Positions 17,882 to 25,987 of a stretch of DNA of 64,000 nucleotides are shown here, one piece after another. A model generated the notes under the pieces. That model made no database searches. It had not been told where the DNA came from and saw only the letters and a list, made by a program, of their open reading frames with translations. The translations under genes and the position numbers were made by a program. Position 1 is the first letter of the stretch. Every line of letters begins with the position of its first letter. This DNA comes from an uncultured delta proteobacterium (GTDB lineage: Bacteria; Desulfobacterota; BSN033; UBA1163). The stretch spans positions 79,015 through 143,014 of the forward strand of contig CAVQFR010000015.1 in the NCBI GenBank assembly GCA_963711845.1, written 5' to 3'.

Positions 17882-17909
17882 GTAGGGGACGCATATATGC
17901 GTCCCCTAC
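17882..17909. repeat. Perfect 28-nt palindrome GTAGGGGACGCATATATGCGTCCCCTAC
   Basis: Read directly from the sequence. It lies in the gap between the two ACAD genes. Confidence 0.9.
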
Positions 17910-18007
17910 AAAGGATTGCCTGCCTAACCGGCAGGTGAAAAGCGCTCGCGGGCGCCTTGCATCTGAGCATTTTTGACCAGCCTGAAAAATGATTTTTTCA
18001 ACAGGCT

Positions 18008-19150
18008 CTAAAGCCCTAAAGAGCTCGCTATCACGAGATGTTGAATTTCAGACGTCCCCTCCGGGATTTTACTCAATCGTCCATCACGGAGAAACCTCTG
18101 GACCGGATTGTCGGTCATCAGCCCGGCACTCTTTTGGATGGCCATCGCCTTCTGAACAATCGCCTGCACGGATTCACTGCAGAAGAGTTTGACGATGGAG
18201 GCGTCTTTCATCGACGCGAGACCTTGATCAAAAAGCCAGGCCCCTCGATAGGTCATATAGCGCGTGGTTTCCAGCATCATCGCCATTTCGGCCAGGATGA
18301 ATCGAATCGCCTGCGATTTTCCAAGAGCCTGACCGTGTCTCCGGTTCCCCTTGACGAAGGAAAGGGTCGCTTCAAATGCAGCCTGCCCCACCCCTGTGCT
18401 CCTGGCCCCATAGGTAATCCTTCCTGATTTGAGGGTCTCTTCCAGCTGACCCAATCCTCCTCCTATCCGGTCTCCCAGCATCCTCTCTTTCGGGACAAAA
18501 CAGTCTTCGAAGGCCAACTCGGCCGTATCCGAAGAATGGTTCCCGAGTTTTTTCAACTTTTTTGTGACAGAAAACCCCGGATCGTCTCGCTCCACGACAA
18601 AGAGATTGATACCGGTCCCTCGCTTGGCCGGGTCGGTATAGGCAGCAACCGTTGCAAAGTCACAGATCGTTCCGTTGGTGATGAAAGTCTTTGAGCCATT
18701 GATGCGGAAGCCCTCGCCTTCCCTGACTGCCGTTGTTCGAATTCCAGAGGCATCCGATCCGGCGTCCGGTTCGGTCAGGGCGAAGGCCCCGATCTTCTCT
18801 CCCCGAACGGCGGGGGAAAGGTAGTTTCGCTTCAACTCTTCAGAACCAAAGTGGAGGATGGGATCCGTAGCCAGACCTCCTTGAACCATGATGCTTGCGC
18901 CAATACCCACGCAGATCCGATTCAGTTCCTCGACGGTGATGCATTCGGAAACTTTGTCTAAACCAGGCCCCCCGTACTTCTTTGGACACCGAAGACAGAG
19001 AAGGTGCTCTGCGCCCAGGATCGGGAAAAGTTGAACCGGAAAGGCCTCTTTCCGCTCATATTCCTCGACCAGAGGGCTGACCTCCCTCTCGTAAATTTCT
19101 CGGACCTTTTTTTGAAAGGCCCTCTGCTCGTCATTGAGTTCAAAAAGCAT
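18008..19150 (-). CDS. Acyl-CoA dehydrogenase
   Basis: The ATG at 19150 is preceded by GGAGG. Begins MLFELNDEQRAFQKKVREI.., with typical ACAD motifs (GAFALTEPDAGSDA, ITNG) and a C-terminal RDGRLSKIPEGTSEIQ. Confidence 0.9.
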   Translation of the reverse strand: MLFELNDEQRAFQKKVREIYEREVSPLVEEYERKEAFPVQLFPILGAEHLLCLRCPKKYGGPGLDKVSECITVEELNRICVGIGASIMVQGGLATDPILHFGSEELKRNYLSPAVRGEKIGAFALTEPDAGSDASGIRTTAVREGEGFRINGSKTFITNGTICDFATVAAYTDPAKRGTGINLFVVERDDPGFSVTKKLKKLGNHSSDTAELAFEDCFVPKERMLGDRIGGGLGQLEETLKSGRITYGARSTGVGQAAFEATLSFVKGNRRHGQALGKSQAIRFILAEMAMMLETTRYMTYRGAWLFDQGLASMKDASIVKLFCSESVQAIVQKAMAIQKSAGLMTDNPVQRFLRDGRLSKIPEGTSEIQHLVIASSLGL

Positions 19151-19350
19151 GGTTGCCTCCACAATCATCCTTAGATCAAGAAAGCTCTGATGATCACTGC
19201 ATCTCTTGTTAATAGATCCATAATTGTATAGACATCTGATTTCATCTTTGATCCTATTCTATCCCTAACCCCACCCCCACCCTATCCCTCCCCTCTGCGG
19301 TTCCGAAGCGGCTTGCGCAGCAGGCTGAATGGGAGGGAAATCGCTACCTG

Positions 19351-19406
19351 CCTCCCCCTTCCCCCGGTCCCGCCCTATTAATAGACCGGGGCGGGGAAGG
19401 GGGAGG
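19351..19406. repeat. Large GC-rich hairpin with an AT loop, inside a G/C-tract region (19262-19432)
   Basis: CCTCCCCCTTCCCCCGGTCCCGCCC-tattaataga-CCGGGGCGGGGAAGGGGGAGG. Confidence 0.7.
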
Positions 19407-19488
19407 TCAGGAGGGGGATGGGATTTGTCGGAGCAGTATTTATTGATATGGCCTTTCAATTATGGATTCAGTAGGAGGTGCATTCTCG

Positions 19489-20271
19489 TTATCGACACCG
19501 ATATTGGGGTTTTCTCTTTTCGATAAACGCCCGAGCACCCTCTTTCATATCTTCAGTCGTCGTCAGATTAGCCCACAGGTCGGATTCCAGTTCCAATCCT
19601 TTCTGGAGAGAAAGGTCTCTTGCCCCGTTGATTACCTTTTTCCCTGCGGCCACTCCTAAAAGACCTTTTTCTGTAATCTTGGCCGCAAGCTCCAGGGCGG
19701 CCTCCATCACCTGTCCTGGCGGAACGACTCTCTCGACCAATCCAAGTCTGAATGCCTCGGTTGCGCTGATCGCCTCTCCGGTGAAAACGAGTTCTTTCAG
19801 CTTGCCGAGGGGAATATGGTGCAACGAGCGCCAGATACCTCCGTTTCCCGGAAAGACGGACAGATTCACTTCTGGGAAACCTAATTTGGCCGTTTCTTCA
19901 GCACAACGGATATCGCAGCAGAGCGCCAACTCCAACCCCGCACCCAGGCAAAAACCATGGATCGCAGCAATCACCGGCCACTCAAAGTTTTCAACCATGG
20001 CATAAATTTGGTGACTCCGTGAAAGGCGTCTCTTTGCCGTATCCGGATTCAATTCCAAGAACGTCTTGATATCGGCCCCTGCGGCGAAGGCTTTCTCGCC
20101 CGCCCCGTGTAGTACGACTGCCCGGATCTCCTGTCTCCGGTCATCCAGCTCCCTAAAGACTTCGCCAACGGCCTCCTTGGTCGCCACATCCAGGGCATTC
20201 ATGGGAGGATGATCGATGGTGACGATGGCCGTGTGGCCCTTCATCTCATAATAGGCGAGTTTTTGTTCCAT
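19489..20271 (-). CDS. Enoyl-CoA hydratase/isomerase (crotonase family)
   Basis: 260-aa ORF with AFAAGADI, GFCLGAGLELALCCDIR and a typical crotonase length. Confidence 0.9.
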   Translation of the reverse strand: MEQKLAYYEMKGHTAIVTIDHPPMNALDVATKEAVGEVFRELDDRRQEIRAVVLHGAGEKAFAAGADIKTFLELNPDTAKRRLSRSHQIYAMVENFEWPVIAAIHGFCLGAGLELALCCDIRCAEETAKLGFPEVNLSVFPGNGGIWRSLHHIPLGKLKELVFTGEAISATEAFRLGLVERVVPPGQVMEAALELAAKITEKGLLGVAAGKKVINGARDLSLQKGLELESDLWANLTTTEDMKEGARAFIEKRKPQYRCR

Positions 20272-20325
20272 TTACTTCTCCTTAAACGTTCACGTTGTGC
20301 CTCAGCAGGCTACGAATGAGAAGCC

Positions 20326-21480
20326 CTACTCCGCCACTATATTTTGCGGAAGCCTGTGGGTCAGAATATCCACGGCCTCTTCCACCATCTCATCGAGCAC
20401 CTGCCGGGCTGGTTTGATCTCTTTGATGAGGCCGGAGATCTGACCCGCCAGACCGCCGACGTAATCGTCTTTCTTAGCTTCGATGAAACTCCCCAGGAGG
20501 GCTGAAGAGATTAACACTTGAGTGGGAAAGGGAAGGGGCTCCAATCCCGAACCCTCCCAGAGATCGTGGAACCTATTATAGCTCGCCCGCAGGGTTTTAC
20601 CGGTATACGATTTGCTCACCCGTGTGTCTTCATCCGTAGAATCGAGGATCCGCTTCTTATTCACCGGGAGGGCGCCTGCTTCGTTTGTGGCTAAGAAACG
20701 GGTCCCGACCCAGGCCCCTACGCACCCCATGGCTAAGGCCGCTGCCAATCCCCGGCCGTCTCCGATTCCGCCCGCCGCCAGGACGGGAACCGGAGTGGCG
20801 GCATCGATGGCCTGGGGCAAAAGGGCCATCGTCCCGATCCGGCCTGTGTGCCCTCCCCCTTCATATCCCTGGGCTACCAGAAGGTCGATTCCGGATTCGG
20901 CCATCCTTCGCGCGTTTTTCGCATTTCCGGTGATTCCAAGAACCTTCATGCCCGCAGCGTGGGCCTGCTCCACCATGAATCCTGGATTGCCCAGGCCAGC
21001 ACAGAAGAGCGGGACCTTTTCGTCGATGCACACTTGAATTGCTTCCTGAGGGCGCATGGTCGTTGTATTCATCCTAACCGTAATTTCCACATCCGGAAGT
21101 TGAAGCTCATCTTTCACTTTTCTAAGCCAATCCTGATACGGCGTGGGCAGCGATTTCAACAACGCGCTCAAGGGCAACTCCTTTGGTCCTTTCTGGCCTA
21201 ACCCTCCACCGAAGTCCAGCTTTTGAGGTAAGAGGAGGTCCACGCCATAAGGCTTCTTTGTTTTTGATTTAATCTCCCGAATTGCCTCCAGCAACCCCTC
21301 TACCGTGAAACCGCTTCCTCCCAGTACCCCGAGTCCGCCGGCCTCTGAGACAGCCACCACCAACTCGACGGGAGCCCCCGTATTCTCACCGATCAGCGTC
21401 GGCCCCATTCCGGCCGCTATAACAGGGTACTCGATTCCGAGCATATCGCAAAGCTTTGTACGGAGAATTCGTTTAGCCAT
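20326..21480 (-). CDS. Nitronate monooxygenase / FabK-like FMN-dependent enoyl reductase family protein
   Basis: 384-aa ORF. NMO-type N-terminus (LGIEYPVIAAGMGP), GGHTG motif (QGYEGGGHTGRIGT), and AAGGIGDGRG. Confidence 0.8.
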   Translation of the reverse strand: MAKRILRTKLCDMLGIEYPVIAAGMGPTLIGENTGAPVELVVAVSEAGGLGVLGGSGFTVEGLLEAIREIKSKTKKPYGVDLLLPQKLDFGGGLGQKGPKELPLSALLKSLPTPYQDWLRKVKDELQLPDVEITVRMNTTTMRPQEAIQVCIDEKVPLFCAGLGNPGFMVEQAHAAGMKVLGITGNAKNARRMAESGIDLLVAQGYEGGGHTGRIGTMALLPQAIDAATPVPVLAAGGIGDGRGLAAALAMGCVGAWVGTRFLATNEAGALPVNKKRILDSTDEDTRVSKSYTGKTLRASYNRFHDLWEGSGLEPLPFPTQVLISSALLGSFIEAKKDDYVGGLAGQISGLIKEIKPARQVLDEMVEEAVDILTHRLPQNIVAE

Positions 21481-21675
21481 AGAATTTCTCTCCAGTTTTT
21501 AGGTTTCTGATGTGAAATCTGCTGGCCGATGGTTGATTTACAGGTGGCGAACTCCTCCCTGGAGATCGATGGAAACTACAAAATTCATTTTTCTCACCCT
21601 CCATCGTTGCATTGCCACTTTATAATGACAAATAGATAATTGTCAATATGAATTTACTTAGATGTTAGATTTCTC

Positions 21676-21706
21676 TTGACTTTTATGTATACCATGTAGT
21701 AATACT
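21676..21706 (+). promoter_or_regulatory. Candidate promoter with a long (18-19 nt) spacer upstream of the MerR-family gene
   Basis: TTGACT at 21676-21681, then TAATAC/AATACT at 21700-21706. The long spacer is typical of MerR-controlled promoters. I could not define a convincing dyad. Confidence 0.3.
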
Positions 21707-21739
21707 CAATGAAAAATAAAAAACCTGATTGGAGAATTC

Positions 21740-22499
21740 TTGAAGATTCGGGAACTGGTCAAGCATTCCGGGGTCTCAAAAGAGACCATTCATTACTACA
21801 TCCGTGAAGGACTCCTTCCCAAGCCCCGTAAACAGGGAAGGAATGTCGCCGAATATGATGACGGATTTGTTGAGCCGCATCCGCTTCATTAAAGAACTCC
21901 AGGATCGTTATTTTTTCCCTCTCGCCGTGATCAAGAATATTTTTAAGGAGCAGAAAAAATCGGCCGAGTGGCAGTCTTTCCTCAATCTCCGAAGGGAATA
22001 TTTCAGCCCCGTAGATCAGTTCCTGCCCACCGAGATTGCAGGTGAAGACCTTTTCCGGAACGAAACAGGTTTGGGAAAAAAGTGGCTGGCCAAGATGGAA
22101 GAATGGAAGATCATCAACCCCGGCGTCCGCGATGGGTCGAAGGTCTATTCCCAGGATGATATTACCCTCGGGAAATTAATCGTGGAAATGGACAACATTG
22201 GTTTAGGCCCCAAAGACGGGTTCGATCCGGAAGCCCTCAAGCATTATCTGGATCGGTTCCGGGAAATCGCTATCATGTCCCAGAAATATTACATCGAGAC
22301 TGCCCTGGGGAGACTTTCCGCCGAGGAGTTCTCGAAAAGGATTGCCCAGGGAAGAGAGATCATGAGCCTGTTCTTCTATCATCTTTACCGTAAACTCTCC
22401 CGAGAGAGATACAGGAGCATCCTGGCGCTGCTCGAATCGGGGGCCGAGGGATCCATCGAAGAGGATCTTGATTCGGTAGGTGATCTTGGTCCGGGATAG
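21740..22499 (+). pseudogene. MerR family transcriptional regulator with one +1 frameshift
   Basis: The HTH segment LKIRELVKHSGVSKETIHYYIREGLLPKPRKQGRNVAEYDDGFVE (TTG at 21740 after GGAG) is in one frame. The continuation RIRFIKELQDRYFFPLAVIKNIF... is in the frame of track ORF 21804-22499. The break is near 21870. Confidence 0.65.
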
Positions 22500-22548
22500 T
22501 CGCCGAGGGAGATCCCGCCCAGCTTCATAAAAAGAGGAGGAAACAAAG

Positions 22549-24027
22549 ATGAGAACAAAACAGCAGTACATCGAAGGGTTGCGTAAGATGCGCCGTAACA
22601 TTTATGTGAACGGTGAAAAGATCGCTCGGGATGATGAGGTCCAAATGCCCACCATTCATACCATGGGGTTGACTTTCGATTACGCCGCAGACCCGAAATA
22701 CGAAGATCTTTACACTGCCAAATCTCATCTGACCGGGGAGAAGATCAATCGGTTCTGTCATATCCATCAAAGTAAGGAGGACTTACACAAGAAGCAGGAT
22801 ATGACCCGAGCCATTTGTCAGGTGGCCGGAGGTTGTATCCAGCGGTGCATGGGAATCGATGCAACCAATGCGATCTATAATGTGTCTTACGAGGCCGACA
22901 AGCAGAACAACGGAGCCACTCAATACCATAAGAACTTCATGAAATGGCTGGAGAGATTTCAAAAAGAGGATCTGGTGGGTTGTTGTGCGCAGACGGACGT
23001 GAAGGGTGACCGGATGAAGCGGCCCAGCGAGCAGAAAGACCCGGACCTGTATGTCCATGTGGTGGAGAGGAAGAGCGACGGGATCGTGGTCCGGGGGTCC
23101 AAGGTGCATATCTCCGAAGCTTCTGTGGCGGACGAAATCCTGGTCGTTCCCACCCGCGCTCTTCTGCCAGAGGAGAAAGACTGGGCTGTGGCCTTTGCCG
23201 TTCCTGCAGACTGGGAGGGAGTGAAACAGGTGGTGTCCATCCATAACCTGCGCGATCGGCAATACTTCAAGAGGGGATTTACTCCCGGCTACACCGACTC
23301 TTATACGATCTTCGACAATTGCTTCGTTCCTTGGGAGCGGGTCTTCCTTTGTGGAGAAGCGATTCAGGGGGGGGCATGTGCTCTTCTCTTTGCCCTCTTC
23401 CATCGCCATAGCTACTCGGGTTGCAAACCAGCTTTGGGGGATTTAATGCTCGGGGCGGTGGCATTGGCAGCAGAATTTAACGGCATTGCGAAGGCCCCGC
23501 ACGTCCGGGATAAATTAGCGGAGATCATACGGGTTTCGGAGTTGGGTTATGCGGCCGGGTTCACGGCTTCCGAATTGGGGAAACCCGAGTTGTACGTTCC
23601 CGGGGTGGGGCCTATGCCTTATGGGCCCGGAAGTTACATCCCTCATTCCATTTATGCCAACGTGGGCCGGAACCTTACCGGCGAGGCGGTCTTCCGGGAG
23701 GCCGAGATTCTGTGCGACATCGCCGGCGGTATTCCGGCCACCTTCCCCTATGAGGGAGATTTTATGAACCCCGAAATTAAGGATCTTCTCTACAAGTACA
23801 TCACCCGCAACCCGGATATTCACCCGGAAGATGCGGCCCAGCTCTGGCGCTACATTGGTGACATCCTGTGCTCTGCCAGCGGAGGAATTCATTTGGTTGG
23901 ATCCTATCACGGGGGTGGCTCGCCCATCATGGAGGCCATCGCCATCACGACCCAGTACGACATCGAATCCCGCAAGAAAATGGTTAAAAAACTTGCGGGC
24001 ATTCCGGAACGGTCAAAGAAGCCGTGA
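22549..24027 (+). CDS. 4-hydroxybutyryl-CoA dehydratase / 4-hydroxyphenylacetate 3-hydroxylase family protein (divergent AbfD paralogue)
   Basis: 492-aa ORF that is collinear with the canonical paralogue at 28093-29547. It keeps the CxxxC motif (GGCIQRCMG) and the H..C motif (FHRHSYSGCK) but differs at several catalytic-site positions. Confidence 0.8.
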   Translation: MRTKQQYIEGLRKMRRNIYVNGEKIARDDEVQMPTIHTMGLTFDYAADPKYEDLYTAKSHLTGEKINRFCHIHQSKEDLHKKQDMTRAICQVAGGCIQRCMGIDATNAIYNVSYEADKQNNGATQYHKNFMKWLERFQKEDLVGCCAQTDVKGDRMKRPSEQKDPDLYVHVVERKSDGIVVRGSKVHISEASVADEILVVPTRALLPEEKDWAVAFAVPADWEGVKQVVSIHNLRDRQYFKRGFTPGYTDSYTIFDNCFVPWERVFLCGEAIQGGACALLFALFHRHSYSGCKPALGDLMLGAVALAAEFNGIAKAPHVRDKLAEIIRVSELGYAAGFTASELGKPELYVPGVGPMPYGPGSYIPHSIYANVGRNLTGEAVFREAEILCDIAGGIPATFPYEGDFMNPEIKDLLYKYITRNPDIHPEDAAQLWRYIGDILCSASGGIHLVGSYHGGGSPIMEAIAITTQYDIESRKKMVKKLAGIPERSKKP

Positions 24028-24124
24028 CCTCTTGCAGCGAAGAATTGAGGTCTGGCGGAATTCTTCCTATCCGGGAGGAAGTCACCGGCAGAGTAGAAGG
24101 CCGGCGAAGACAGGAGAGAAAGCC

Positions 24125-25013
24125 GTGGAGAAGGTCTTGATTGTGGGCGCAGGATTTATGGGCTCAGGAATTGCACAGGTATCGGCCCAAGCCGGATACC
24201 GGGTTCATCTGATGGATATCCAGAGCGCAATCACGGACAGGGCGCTCAAAGATATTCGCTGGTCCGTGGAGAAATTGGCCGGCCAAGGGTATTCTCAAGG
24301 AACCATCCGAGAAGGTCCTTGCGCGGATTTCACCCGAAAAGGATCTATCCAGTGCCTCAGAGGTGGACTGGGTCATCGAAGCGGCCCTGGAAGCGGAGGA
24401 TTTAAAGCGTGGAATTTTTCAGGAGCTGGACAGGATTTCCAGGCCGGAGACCCCTCTGGCCACGAATACCTCTTCCATCCCCGTCACCCGCCTTGCTGAA
24501 AATACGAGGCGACCGGAGAGGGTGCTTGGGTTACATTTCTTTGGGCCTGTGCCGCTAATGGGATTGGTGGAAGTGGTCAAAGGAGAGAAGACTTCGCCGG
24601 AGATCTTCGAGCGGGGTGTGGCCTTTGTCAAATCCCTGGGGAAGACCCCGGTTCGAGTGCAGCGAGATCTCCCTGGCTTTGTGATGAACCGGATCTTCTC
24701 CGCTGCCTTGCGTGAGGCAGTGGACTTGGTTGACCAGGGAATCGCTACCCCAGAAGATGTGGACGTAGGCATGCGGCTTGGCTACGGTTGGAATGTCGGC
24801 CCTTTCGAGATCGCTGATAACGCCGGTCTGGATACCTGCGCCCGGGTCGGGCAGAGCATGAAAGCCCTGGGAGCGCCACACCTTGCTCCCAGCTCAAACC
24901 TGATGGAACGCATGGTGAGTGAAGGTCGTCTGGGCAGGAAAGCTGGAAAGGGTTTCTACAGATACTCTCCCGAAGGAAAACGCCTGCCCTGGGAAAATAA
25001 GGACAATCAGTAG
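24125..25013 (+). pseudogene. hbd: 3-hydroxybutyryl-CoA dehydrogenase with one +1 frameshift
   Basis: GTG at 24125. The Rossmann N-terminus EKVLIVGAGFMGSGIAQVSAQAGYRVHLMD.. is in one frame. From about 24288 the sequence KGILKEPSEKVLARISPEKDLSSASEVDWVIEAALE... continues in the frame of ORF 24363-25013. Confidence 0.8.
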
Positions 25014-25101
25014 GTGCGGGACCTGCTGCGCCCGTTCAGGGTGAAGCATAACATCTCAACGTCGCATTCTTTCTGAAACAATTTGAATCGGAATTTTCTG
25101 C

Positions 25102-25148
25102 TTGACAAGTTTGAATTTGGTGTAGTAGATTAATGGCCGTTCATTAAT
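25102..25148 (+). promoter_or_regulatory. Promoter (TTGACA-18 nt-TAGATT) overlapping the palindrome ATTAATGG-ccgt-TCATTAAT
   Basis: -35 at 25102-25107, -10 at 25126-25131, dyad at 25129-25148. It lies upstream of the TetR gene and the fadE-type gene. Confidence 0.4.
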
Positions 25149-25204
25149 GGAACGCGTCGGAATTCCTTTCCGGCCTGATCGCCTTCCTGTAGGGCACCCA
25201 TTTC

Positions 25205-25837
25205 TTGGAAATTATTTGGCTTATGATGATGACAAGAGGAAAAGTTAAGCCCGGTCTTCAAAAAACGAAGATGCTGGAAATAGCGCGAAAGCTTTTCTGG
25301 GAAAAAGGCTATCAAGCCGCAAGCATGCGCGATATCGGCATTTCCTATGGCTGCAGGCCGGCCAATATCTATAATTTCTTCGCTGACAAAGAAGAAATCC
25401 TCTTCGAAGTGCTTCGGGAGGAAATGGAACAGATCATTGACCCTATTAAGCACATGGAAGAGGAAGATGATACCAATCCCATTGAGCAGTTGAGGTTCAT
25501 CATTGAAAGTCATTTAGAAGTGACGCTGAGTTACAGGAGATCCGCTAAGCTGCTGTTTGACATTGCCCTCGACAGTCTCTCACCCGAGAAAAGAAAAAAA
25601 ATCATAGATCTTCGGGACACCTATGACCGGATTATTCGAAAAGTCATTCGGAGAGGCATTGATGCCGGTTATTTACCTGAAGTGGATGTGAAGTTAGCCG
25701 GCTTTATGATTGCTTCCATGATTACCAGAACCAGAATTTGGTTCCACCCAAAAAAAGAGAGATCGGTCAGTGACCTGGCAGATTTCATATTTAAATTTGC
25801 CTTCAACGGCCTTCGGGGTGAGGGGACGAGAGATTAG
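25205..25837 (+). CDS. TetR/AcrR family transcriptional regulator
   Basis: HTH region KMLEIARKLFWEKGYQAASMRDIGISYGCRPANIYNFFADKEEIL. The exact start is uncertain because several in-frame Met codons occur between 25205 and 25270. Confidence 0.85.
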   Translation: MEIIWLMMMTRGKVKPGLQKTKMLEIARKLFWEKGYQAASMRDIGISYGCRPANIYNFFADKEEILFEVLREEMEQIIDPIKHMEEEDDTNPIEQLRFIIESHLEVTLSYRRSAKLLFDIALDSLSPEKRKKIIDLRDTYDRIIRKVIRRGIDAGYLPEVDVKLAGFMIASMITRTRIWFHPKKERSVSDLADFIFKFAFNGLRGEGTRD

Positions 25838-25854
25838 GCGCAGTTGAGCGAAAA

Positions 25855-25968
25855 TCATCAATTACCAATCGCCAATGATCAATGGTCAATTATCAACGGA
25901 ACATTCAGGATGGTCTTAAGGGGTTTTCACTGCTAACTGATCATTGCTAATTGATCATTTTGCAATGA
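25855..25968. repeat. AT-rich word repeats (CAATTA/CAATGATCA/TGCTAATTGATCATT) ending in the ATTTTGCAAT leader motif
   Basis: Read directly. The motif at 25957-25966 lies 21 nt upstream of ATG 25988. Confidence 0.6.
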
Positions 25969-25987
25969 ATCTTTAGAGGAGGTTTTC

